Shown here: positions 25,511 through 37,380 of the stretch, piece after piece | How positions within the stretch are numbered: position 1 is the stretch's first letter | How the letters are laid out: each line of letters begins with the position of its first letter | Source: Marsupella aquatica | Lineage: Eukaryota; Plantae; Marchantiophyta | Assembly (NCBI GenBank): GCA_973895155.1 | Contig: OZ316895.1 | Span: 3,273,659-3,337,658 of the forward strand | Reading direction: 5' to 3' | Length of the DNA stretch: 64,000 bases | Position numbers and translations under genes: made by a program | The notes under the pieces: generated by a model | The model's database searches: none | Told to the model about the DNA's origin: nothing | Seen by the model: the letters and a program-made list of their open reading frames with translations, nothing else

Positions 25511-25626
25511 CTTCGTTAGACTTAATCCACCGAAGGAGCAGGCCGTAGGACATCCACCATTTGTTAAGGCATGTCAGCAAGCTTGCTTCCAAAGTGTGGA
25601 CAGCTATAAAAAAAACCTGCAAACCA
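25511..25626 (-). pseudogene. Duplicated orphan exon of the SERAC1-like gene
   Basis: Close copy of 28218-28331 (exon VFYSCPHFGSKLADMPWRMGYVLRPAPS with both splice junctions), carrying 2 extra T and substitutions. Confidence 0.85.
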
Positions 25627-25847
25627 GGCTCAACATGGACACAAGCAGGTTATGTATCCATTGGTCAAAATTTTTCCAATGTTCATGATTTATTAGGGGG
25701 CTTATACATTAATAGACGTCACCTAATAGAGAGACTCTCAAACTAGAGTCTAAAAGTATAATACAAAATAAGCATATTTCTCTTTCCCTAAGGCAGATTG
25801 ACTGATATATTCAATTTAAAGTACTAATCTTTCACCCAAAAAGTCTA

Positions 25848-26324
25848 CACTGTTTACCGTAATTAGTATCATAACTTATATAGTCTCCCTGCATAAATAG
25901 TATCACACACACTAATCAAGGTATGACTACAAATCTGAAAAAATATAAATATTAGTACAAGTAGAGAGTTCAGTCTATTGTCATCCGTTCTAATTTGATT
26001 TTGATTGTATGTATAACCTGGTTGTCATTTCATCATACTTTAATGAAATCTGAATTTCAATTGACATTCATTTTTAATTTTATATGCCATCGCAAATATA
26101 TCTTACTACTAGAAATATTTGTACTTTTCATAAGCTATATACATAATATGTGTTCATCACACACTATTTGAGTGACACCAAAAATAATCTCACTTACTCT
26201 AATTTATAATAACATGTACTTAGTCTCACTTCTTATATAGTCTCACACACATTAATTACATTGACAGCTTTCAAAAACCTTTGTTCCCAAATACTGTGTG
26301 TGAGATTAATTACGGTAATCAGTG
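25848..26324. mobile_element. MITE, Tc1/mariner-type (TA target duplication)
   Basis: 24-bp imperfect TIR CACTGTTTACCGTAATTAGTATCA / TGAGATTAATTACGGTAATCAGTG, flanked by TA on both sides; AT-rich non-coding interior. Confidence 0.75.
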
Positions 26325-26457
26325 TACCTCTCCTCGCTTTAAGGGTGTGCTTGTTTATTTCTTTTACATTTTTGGAATCATTGTTTCAATACCTCTCCTC
26401 ACTTTAAAGGTGTGCACGTTTATTTATTTTTTACTTTTTTAGAATCATTGTTTCAAT
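26325..26457. repeat. ~65-bp tandem duplication
   Basis: TACCTCTCCTC(G/A)CTTTAA(G/A)GGTGTGC...GAATCATTGTTTCAA twice. Confidence 0.8.
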
Positions 26458-27277
26458 GCATTTGAATATGACTTGATAGCTTTTATTTCATACATTAGTT
26501 AAACTGATCAGTACTCTAAATAGGGTGCACTGAAATTTATTATCAATAAATTACAATGGCATGGTCTTAGTTAGAACTGGCCAGCTATATCCATCTCTTT
26601 TTACCTTGTAATCTGGGGAGAGATCCATATCAGCCAGGGTCTAAGTTAGCCCAATCTTTGTCTAGTAGCAACTCATATGGCCACCTGGTCACAGAGTTCG
26701 AGGTCTCATAATCTAACAGTCGCTCAATCTTGGTCTACTAGCAACTCATATTGCCAGCCAGGGAGTTCCAAGTCTAAGAATCTAGCCCCACTGAGTCTCA
26801 AAATTTGAAAAACGAGTGGCAGGGGCCATGGCTGGAATTCAGCCAATAACCCACTCCAGGCTATGGGCTACCCTACACATAACACTAAGGTATGCCCGTG
26901 AAATAGCAGGGAGCTGGCGTGATATAGTGTAAATCAGGCTAAAATATGATGAAAGGTGCCAGCAACCAAGACCATAAATATTGGAAGTAGAGATTTGAAA
27001 ACGTCAGTTGAGTGCAAAATCCCCTAAGGAGTTTCTTTTTCCTTCTTTTTGTTATGGCTTTGGAGGGATTCCCTCCACCGTGTACCACGCGTTGGAAAAT
27101 TGTAACCAGACAAGTTGTCGCAAAGTATTCATCTAAGCTAGGATCCAAATCTGCAACTAGGTTTTGACTACCAACAGGATGAGGAGTCCTCTTCATGAGA
27201 CGTCAGTGAAGCATATGAACACATGGCCATAAAAAATGCAATAGGAACATTCACATTGAATGTGAACCTATTAAAAT

Positions 27278-30200
27278 CTATTCTTGTTCAGAGACACCTA
27301 CACCAAACAATTCTAGGCTTTGCAGAAATTCCAGTGTTTTCGTATAGGCAGGATCTTGCCGATCTAAGGGCTTGCAAGAGTTCACGTGATCAGTGCCTGG
27401 TAAAACCTGTTCCCAGTCAACATCCAGCAGGCAGCAAGGTAAGTACATGTTCAGTGAGAAAAGTGACACTGTTGACGTTGAAATCGATTTCATGACAGTT
27501 AACTTGATAAAGCCATTCTAGTAGATGGACCTGAGAAATCAGAAAGGACCTAAATCTATTTTTTTTCTCACAAGGGTTGCGCTTTATGCTCAACCGCAAG
27601 CTGAGACCTAGTGCAAAGATGAAGACCAACAGCAGTATGGGGAATCGTCGAGCTTACCACTAGTTCACCAAAACCTGGATAAGCTGATTCAATTGGTACT
27701 ACTTCCAACCGTAAACCCCATCCTCCGTAGCCCTCAACTAGAGGAGTGACTTTAGTCTGTCAACCAACTCAGTACCGTCAGACTTGTCACAGCAAATGCT
27801 GAGATCTTACAATTTCGAATATTTATATTGATCGAGGACAATTACAATAAATAAATGACGTAGGCAGCAAACGGAAGGTTATGCAGATGCTGGGAGTAGC
27901 TTCAGACTGAGTCGCCTTGATCCACAGGTAAGCATTCTAAAGGAGATTCAAAGTATACAATCAATTATTGTTTCTACTGACCTCGCTGAAGCTCAGAATA
28001 TTCAAATGCCCTTCCTTATGTAATTGACGTAAGTAGCGATTTAACTCCTCCAATCTCGGCGATCCACTCCTCAACTCTCCTATCTGCACAACTTACCCCA
28101 AAAGCTCAATCTAATCGTAATATGATTTTATTAATTCCACAATAATCTTGAGAAATCTTCATTTCTAGTTTCACATTTGACCTGCCTCTAGGGGCATATT
28201 TAGATGTTTTTCAAGCACTTCCGTTAGACTTAACCCACCGAAGGAGCAGGCCGTAGGACATAACCCATTCGCCAAGGCATGTCAGCAAGCTTGCTTCCAA
28301 AGTGTGGACAGCTATAAAAAACCTGCAAAACAGCATAATCATCCTTGTCAATTTATGCTGAAGTTCACTTCATCACATGTACAAGTTCCAAGAATGCGGG
28401 ATTGAAGGCATGTATGACTGCGAGTGTCAAATTTCTCAATGATTACATGGATTGACGGGACATCTGCTTACAATTCTTACCGGAATGAATTGCAAAAAAT
28501 ATAGCGACAGATTCAGTTCTATTGCTTGGCAAAGGTTGATAGGACTCTTACAATACCAATTGTATTATTCAAAAGATTTGTCCGTTTTTCATCTTTTCCT
28601 GCTAGCAGTAACATCTGCTTCACCACCAGACCACCCATGCTGCACAACGCAGTGAGTTGTCACTTCTACATTAAAACTTAGAGACAGATAATGCCCCACA
28701 ACTTGTCGAGCTCTTTTGACAACGACACTAATCAAATTATTGCAAGCCCCGTCCACGTTCCTAGTGGGAAAAGTTCAATGCAACCAAGCTAGAGCAAAAA
28801 TAATTGTGGCACAAAGATGAAGACGGATATGACACACGAACATACTTATGTGTGATAAAGACTAGAGAAAAACGGATAAAACATAAAAGATAATCACCTC
28901 AACAAGATTTGATTCATGAGACACTCGAACATACCTATGTGTGACAAAGACCAAAGGGCGCTCCCCAACACCTGCTGCAAGCAATTTATCGAGTAGCATG
29001 GAGCTCACTTCCTGTCTCACAGAATTCAGACGAAGCCTGTCGTAAAAATTAGACTCCCAGTCAACAATTGGATCGGAGTAAATTTGATCTACAGGGAAGT
29101 TAACATTTAGCAGTAATGAAGTGGACCACTTGGAGAGAGACTGTATAGACTATACCTAAACTGTAAACATATAACAAGAGCTCAATATGAATAAGACTAA
29201 TTCATCCAGTATTGCAGTTGATGACGAACAGGTACCAGATACTGGATAAGTACTAATAGCTCTACCTGAAGCGGAAGTGTTGCACCCGACCATTCCGACA
29301 GATTTGTCTGTTCACAAGAAAAGGTGACGGGAAAGCAAATCAGAGAGTTTACCCAATGCCAGGAAAGAACCAAAACCCATAAGCTCTATTCTTTCCAGCT
29401 TCCCCATCCTCATAACACGAAGGGAATGGTTTTCAGGGGAAACGAAATTAGTTTCAATTGACAATGCTAACCACAGCTGTGACACCAAAAAACAGGGTAT
29501 GCTGGAATACAGATGGTGAAAACTGATTGCTGACCTTGTATCTGACAGAGAGCAATCTAGATCGAGGAAGATCACTGCCTAGCCATTCTGCTGGCCAGCA
29601 TGTTCCCTCCTTCCCAGCTTCAACGTCGATTCTTTCAACTAAAGGCGTTGTTGTTGAGGCCTTGTTGTCAGCAACTCTCCATGTTTTAAAAGGTCCTCCA
29701 CGCAGGCCATGAATAAAGATCACATCCATTACAGGCTCATTCTTCACCATCCCTTTTCCTGTCGGTTCAATCTCCTCCATGGATGAGTTAGGAAGACCAT
29801 CAGTCGGCTGGCTGGTCTGCAAAGATCCAGCACTGTTTTGTCTGGACTCATTCCACACTTCTTCAGTGATTTTTTCGTCCTTGGCTCTCAACTTTGTTTT
29901 CCACATTCGAGAGCCGGTATTCATAATGAAGATTCCATCCTCGTACCGAGGCCAAAATCCGTTTCCCAAAGGCTCGCCAGTTCTGACTCTGGGTTTCTCA
30001 TTGTGATTTCCATCATTGAGCGTCGTACTCGTTTTAGCCATCCGAGCTGATGATACATTTTGCAAGCAAGCTAAAGCATAGCTCCTAATTTTTTTGTCAC
30101 TGTTACCTGGAATTTTACCATCGGCACAGTCCTCAAGCCAAGTTACTAGTGCCTTGTCTTCAGCGATTACTTCTGAAACTCCAGGCTGCAGACTCAGAAC

Positions 30201-33200
30201 TGCTAGTAGCCGTGCAGCATGCTTTCGGATGTGGGAACACACAGACAACACAATGTCTCGGTCATTCTCAAGTTTTTTAGGTGGCGCTGGACGCTGAGTT
30301 TGTTGAACTTCGGGGGTTGAACTGGAAATTTCAGAAGTTTCAGACGCGGCCCATTGCTCGTAGTCATTAAATAACAAAAACCTTCTCAGCAAACACATGA
30401 CTCCTGCCTCTAAGATTCTTTGGCGCCAAACAGGGTCCTCCGCTGTCAACTCTGTTAGAGCTTTGATAGCTCTCTGCACTGCAACAGCAGCTTCAGTTGC
30501 AGTGACTTTAGGTAGAGCCTCCCTAGAAGCAGGCTTTGATGAATTACCCATTACATCAAGTCCAAGCAGATCTATCATTGGCAATTCAGCGGCACTCTCG
30601 GCCACCTCCACATCTGTGTCTGATGTATCAGCTCTATATGCAGCTTCTTGGGCAACTACCTTTGCAAGCTGAGCAGCAACAACAACCGCTGCCTTCATGG
30701 CTTGGTTCTGCAGGGAACAAGAACTGGCGTTATGAAGACGGAAAAAATACTTTAGTCGCAGCCTGTGAGCTGCTGCTGCTCTCTAGATTCGGAACTGCTA
30801 TCTCTTGTATTTGCTATCGAGCTGTTCTTGGAGGTAACTGTTGAGACGCATCAGCGATGTTAGCTCCAAAAAGAAGACAGGCTTATTCTTTTCAATTTCC
30901 CCTTCGTGGCGTCCATTGTTTTACAGTGAAATCTTCGTCAAAACCAATACTGTCAGTACAAAACTCACCTGAAGTTGCTCTCGCTCCTTGGCCTCTGCAA
31001 TCAGGTTTGCAGGTCGCTTCCCCTTTCCTGATGCCAGCCTCCCATCTGAGATGACTTCCAAGAGCAGCATTGCCAACCAGGCTTGTGTGACAGGAATACC
31101 TCGGAGTCCCAGATCATTGACCAATCTATCAAGAACTCGAGACCCACAAGAGCGAGTAACAGTATCACTTGTCATGTTACAAACCCACTTCAGTAAAATT
31201 GCTGCCCATTTTTTGCTTTCATCGCTTGGTAGAATCTCTCCCTCATCTGTGAGTACATCGAGCACCTGGGCCAGTGCCCCTTGAACAAGTGTATTACCCT
31301 CGGACTCACCTGCAATCACTCGCATTACAGGAAGACCTTCCTGTAGGACAAGACTATGAGCAGATTTACTTCGAGAGACACAACTGGTCAGGGCAGCCAG
31401 AGCAGAGGTTGTAAGGGAAGGATCTTTCAGTCTACCAGCCTGGGCAGCAACGCTGATTAGCGCAGAGCTCCAACGAGATGCAACATCAGCAGTAAGCGAG
31501 AAGGGTTTACTAGCAAGGAGTGACCTCATAGCCAGAGCTCCATGCCATTTCACTGTTTTCTCGTGGGCCAAAACTGCAACTAAAAGTGCGTCTCCATTCT
31601 GATCTAACTCAGCTATTTTAGCACGATTGGCATTGGATGCCCGAGCCCACATTGCAAGTGCCCATGCTGCTAATGGTACTGTAATGTGCCGTCCATGAAG
31701 GTCATCCCATAACCCACACTTTCTAGCACCATATTCTGAGAATGCTGTGCTCTCAGCTCCCCAGTCTTGCCTAGGGCTAATATTATTGTAAAGTAGACCG
31801 GGATGAGTCTTCTGACTGGTGACAAAGATTTCCTGTGTCCGCATATCGTTTAGAGATTGGGTGAGTCCGAAAATACCTCCCTCAAGATTACCCAAGAGAC
31901 CTCTAGAGAGTACCCTCTGAATTCCCAGAATACTTGTGCCACCATTTACCCTAATCCCAATTCCATGGGCACCTCCCTTATCTTTTGCAGCCTTTCCCGC
32001 CGATTCCCCATCATCCGGGCCTTGGTCATCCAAAATCCAGCCTCCATCTTTAATAACTTGGAGTGCTGCTGCGATGTCAGCAGGATCTGCGTTACCCGGT
32101 AGCTTCGGTGTGACTCCACTTCCATCTTCTGCATCACAGCTGGAAGTGATAAGATCCACGATGGCTGTCACTAGCATACTTCTCCCAATGGAAGTTCCAC
32201 CGTCCAAATGAACTTCCTTGCTCCGATCTTGCAAACCCTAGACAATGAACCGTCCCAGTTCAACCGGTTTATTGGACAAGGTTTCGTTGGCCAGATCATG
32301 ACTAGCTTGACATTCACATAACTAAACAGGATGGAATAGCAGACACAATTATTATGTACAAGCTGGTTCAAATTGCATCTCAAAGCCAGCAAATAATACA
32401 GGTGCAGATGATGACTCAATTCAACAGTACCGATTCTAGATTCCTCTAGTGAAACCAGCAACAAACATACTAGAGGTCGCCCAAGTCGGGTATCACGAAC
32501 CTGCTTCACATGTAGGGAAGATGCAAATTGGAAAAGATATGGCAGTGCATGTGGCCTGCTTAAGACAGCCTCACAAGTATTCTCATCGGACAGCAGATGG
32601 GCCAGCGCTCGTGAAGCTTCAGCTTGGGTTGCTAGACAAACTCCGGGATCTAAAATCCCCACAGCCCTTAGCAACCAGTCCACAACACGACCTCCACCTG
32701 CTTCCACCACCGCTTTCCTGCGATTCTCGTGCGCAGCCAGATCTGCTATTAACGCAGCAACTCCAGGCATAAGCCAACTACTCAGCCCAACAGTTGGTTC
32801 CTGTCAAACGAGACTATGTCAAAGCGCTTAAAATCTGGTGATCAAGAGGATTCCAACCTCACGAAGGCCGTATAGGAGTGGAACCTGACTGCGCGACCAC
32901 AAGAAACTATATTACCGGTTAGAAATTCAGATAGTCACCCCAGTTCTAAGCTCTGAAAGTTGACGGTAACGATGTAAACCTCTGCATGCCAGACCCGTAC
33001 TTTCAAATCTTTGCAAAGAGATCTCTATTTGCGAATAGGAAATCATCTTTGCAAATCGTGTAGTGTACATATTCAGGCCACCTCACAGCTTCACTACTGA
33101 TTAAGAGAGGAATTACCTCACCAACGGTCAGCAGCACAGAAATAAGACATCGAGCCAATATTGTTGCGGCTGCTGCTGCGTCGACAACGTCACCAACGCC

Positions 33201-34199
33201 ATCCCTGAAGAGCATCCCCATATTTTCCTTGAACTCAGCTAAAGTGTCCCACAAGATCGACCACGTAGACTTTAGTACTTCGTGGGGACGAGCAGGATTC
33301 CCTTCTTCGTAACGCACAGCCGCCACTGCTCCGACAAGCATCACCATAGCTGCGGCTCCAGTTCCCGCAGCGTAATACATTCTCCGCCAAGACGAAGCCC
33401 GAGGCGGAGAACGATCCTCAGGCACGCGTTCAGCCTCTCCATGAAAGTTGGCTGAGGATAATAGCCTGGGCAAATATCTCCTAAACTTGCTCTCCTTGCT
33501 AGTCTGTTGATCCAAGAACTTGTTAGCCTCACGGTCTTCAGAATTTCATTTCGTCCGACGCAAACGGTGATTTCTCCGAAACATTGTGCCTTCAAATTGT
33601 CCATGCAGTTGCTTACTTCCTCTGCCGTGACACTTGAATTCAAATCGAAACAAGCGCGATCATTGCTGCTCTTTTTGTATCCCAAACCTCAGAGACAAAA
33701 CAGAATCCTTCTCAGGTTAGACGCAACGCAACCTATCCGCCACCGTAATGGAAACAGGCCCTTCATATTAAGAGCCAAGATTGAGGGATACTAAAAACGT
33801 TAACATGTGTGGAATAATTTGTTCATCATGTTGCTCAGCAGTTGCACTGCTCCTAATTGAGTTCACGAGAGGTGAAATTACCTCGTAGGAGTTTTGTTCC
33901 GGAGAGCCGTATCGAGTGGTAGACTTTGGAGAAAGCGGCGTCGATGTAGAATAAGCCTTCCTCCAAGGCAACGAATCTTGCTTCAATCCGGAGCGCAAAA
34001 TAGAGGGCCCCTCCCCTCGTTTCTTGCCAATCGAAATTCTAAGTAGTACACCATCAATTCCAGTGAACAGAGTCCCTCCTTCAACTTCAAGCCCTTGCTC
34101 GGCGCTGCTGGGGGCAGGAGCTTGACGGGAGATTGCACCATATCTAGAGCACAGATGACGACGGACCTGATTTCGGACCAGCATTGGTGCTGATTGCAA
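27278..34199 (-). CDS. SERAC1-like protein: ARM-repeat region plus C-terminal alpha/beta-hydrolase, about 12 exons
   Basis: Exons include 34199-33882, about 33503-33118, about 32800-32501, about 32237-30969, about 30708-29534, then small exons TNLSEWSGATLPLQ, ..ERPLVFVTHS|MGGLVVKQML, VFYSCPHFGSKLA, ..PIESAYPGFGELV and VLPGTDHVNSCKP..* (stop 27278). DVIFIHGLRGGPFKTWR and WPAEWL are SERAC1 hallmarks. The N-terminus resembles a mitochondrial presequence. Confidence 0.88.
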
Positions 34200-36099
34200 C
34201 GCTGCATTCCCCGGCCCTGATTAAATCTCTTCTGCCACTCATCAGATTTTCCCGGCGCTCGACGGATTCTCACATCGCATGACGAAAAACGAAAAACACC
34301 TCGCAGCTTCTCACTTCGGAGGCGAGAATCTTCGGAGGCGAGAATCTTGAAAGGAGCAATCAAACTAGAGCAAATTCTTCAGTCCATCATGTGTCGTCAA
34401 AGCTTCACCTGTCTGCAGCGACATGCGCGAGGGAAGGAAGCGCAAACTTTTCCGAAATCGATCCCGAATTCGAGGAAATCATATTCAGCAAGAAGCAAGA
34501 TTTTATGATCGCTCTCGAGCATAAGGAATGGGGGATCATTCTGCTGCAGATTTGGGGAATAGTTGATATCGTTTAAAACGACTGTGATGGAGACAAGTGT
34601 CAGCGTTTTGTGTTCCGTAAATTTTGACGCACAGTAACAATCGTGACTTTCATCTTTACCTTTTCCTGTGTTATATTTATCACCTACTAGTTTGATTACC
34701 TATTCTTGAAAGTAAATAGAGATAAGATGCCAAAAAGCCTTGCAAAAGATTCTATGTCGTTTCTCCTTCATCAGTGTCGGTATACATTTCACTTACAGTT
34801 TTGTCTTTATCTAGAGTTGCGACCTAGAGGGTTTCACTCCATAAGTCAATATCCCAACTCTAGCTAATGTTCGAGATTAGTTATATAGATACATCAGATT
34901 GCCCCAACAAAAAAAAACTAAGAAAAAAACTGCTACATATGATCCAAAAGGCCTTGCTCCCTGACTATCATCATGGCCTTATTTACGCTCATGGCCTTTT
35001 TTTATTAGGGGGGTGTATTTTGCACTTCAGAGGGCTTGAGCATTCACTATTCTTTTGTAAAGGGCTAGGGTGTCTAGACAGATTCCTTTGCTAGACCCTC
35101 TTATGTAGTTCACCCGTGAACTCTACCAGGCTCTTTAGTTGACCGATTACGCCGTGATTTAAGCCTTTGTTCCTGGATGTTTTTGTATTGCTCTCCTTCC
35201 TTTGTTGCTCTAGCCTTTTGGCCCTCTGGTTACCTCCCCTTCATTGGGTCTTTGCCTGTCAAACGGCCTTGCAAGGTTTGCTGATGATAGCTAGGACGTC
35301 TCAAAAGTCAGCTTTGGCGGTCACCGTCCGTCCCCGTCAAAAGATGTTAATGTGCAACGGTAACACTTATTGACTGCCATTTAGCTGGTCCATAACTTTT
35401 CTATAAAACATACTTTTCAATGGGGGCTTACCTCTGAACTACTTTTGAGACACCCCAGTAGCTGCAGGCCTGATAATGTGTGGGGATGCTCTGATCAGGC
35501 ACATGCAATACCTGGAACGTACACAATTTGGGGGAACAAATTGGAGAGACAAGTCCTAGAGGATCCACAATAGCGCCCCAATACACAAACGGTCAGCCAT
35601 CAGCCTTGTTTTTCAGAGGAGTGACATTTTTCCAGCCTGACCTGGCTCATACTATTCCAAAACTTTTCCAGGACAGGTCGCAACTTGAAAAACTATTGGA
35701 ATAGTGACCTTCCCTCCTTACCCAGCAGAGTATGGACTGCTATTGCATCCAAGAATGGCACCCACAAAGTGCAAGACATTATTCAGTTGTGTAGGACCCT
35801 AAATTCCCAGCCTGCACTGGTCCAAAGCCCAAAGCCAGTAAATGGTTCAGTTGCTCTTAGGGTGGCTTTATGTGAGTGGGGCTATGGCCATTATGATTTT
35901 TCTTTTTTCATAATATTGCTTATAGATTAAACTAGAATGGAGGCATTTAAGAGGGCCATTCAAGCAGGCCCCTTCTGGACTGGGAAACCCAGCCCTCCAT
36001 GGCATTTCATGGGCCTCTTCAAAATCCTATATGACAGGGTTAGTTCTGTCTCGTTTTTAAACTATAGCTATTGGTGGTTGGACCTTGATGGTGATACAT

Positions 36100-36280
36100 T
36101 CGGACTATGTTTTCGTTGGCCCTTGGTGCTGGGTTTGGGAAAAAAATAAATGCCCCCTTCCCCCCTTGTGCTCATGTAAAGCCAGCTAAGCATTTGGACT
36201 TATGTTTTGGATGGCTCTTGGTGTTGGGGTTTGGGAAAAGAATGAATGCCTCCTGCCCCCCTTTTGATCATGTGAAGCTA
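36100..36280. repeat. ~92-bp diverged tandem duplication
   Basis: GGACT(T)ATGTTTT..TGG..CTTGGTG.TGGG(G)TTTGGGAAAA.AAT.AATGCC.CCT.CCCCCCTT.TG.TCATGT.AAGC twice. Confidence 0.75.
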
Positions 36281-37380
36281 CCCTTGGCTAGGCGAACTCC
36301 CATTTGGGTCTGCCCGACTGGATCCTAGGCCTAGGTGCACATTGCCAATGAACAAGATTGCAGTAGTGGATATCAGATGGGGCTCGGTGGAGGCTAGACA
36401 AGCAATTAATTTACTGCTGTAGTAGGAGATTTGCAAGCGGATTACCTGGTGGTGTTTAACACTTGCCAGGACAGGGGAAACAAATCATTGCCCCAGTAGC
36501 ACAACCGTTGCCTACTCTTGCCTACTCTTGCCTACTCCTGTTCTACAGTTACACTTATATATCATTAACTACTGTACATACAAGGAAGGTGGGTCTGGAA
36601 GTGCCCTATGCACACCCAACTGTACTTTGCCTGAGAGAAGATACTGATCTTGCCCAAAGTCGTGCTCCACATCTGTTGTGGCCTGTGCAATCATCTTGGT
36701 TTGAGAGGTGCCCAGGCCTATCTGATATCTATACCAAGCCTGTGTGAGCTGTCTATGATGATTGCCATGGACGACGATGGAATCTCATTGAAACGACTGT
36801 TTCGATTCGTTCATATCTGCCAGATCCCATTGGTGCATGCCATGCTGGGCAGCACGCACAGGTCTGAACTTCCGACTTCATAAAACAAACCAGGTAGTCG
36901 GAGAGGATTCGGTTTCAGATTACCAGATCTCAGGAGCACTTGATACCGAGCACTAGGTCCGAATATGCACTTCAAAAGCGGCGGAAGGAGTAATTCATTG
37001 CCAGAGTGATTGAGATATTCCTGCCAACATACACAAAAAAAAGACGCAAACAAAGGTGACAGCTCCACGACCTCGTCAACCTTCCCCAGTCCGTTTAACG
37101 TGGGCTGCTCTTCTCACAAGAAAAATTACTTCGAATAGTCTTCTTTTATTTACAACAAAAGCGTGACTGGACTTCCTTTACTCGGGAGCATGGTCCATCT
37201 CTCATCACATCGATACCCATGGTTCTCTAATTGACATGATTCATGCAGACTGGTTCTCTCGCAGGTGTTGGCAAATTTAAGGGAAGGCTTTTGCTTTTGC
37301 AACTACAATTCAAGATAGCTACCAAAATTTTGGACCCATCAATGATCGGCCTTTTCAATCAATTTGATGTTTTGAGGTGA

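Noticed and set aside
26560-26800. tRNA gene or tRNA-derived SINE
   Set aside because: Only weak A/B-box-like words inside a short duplication; no cloverleaf, tail or TSD.
34600-37300. Short ORFs between the SERAC1-like and PPR genes
   Set aside because: No domain motifs or coherent splice pattern; probably intergenic or decayed repeat DNA.
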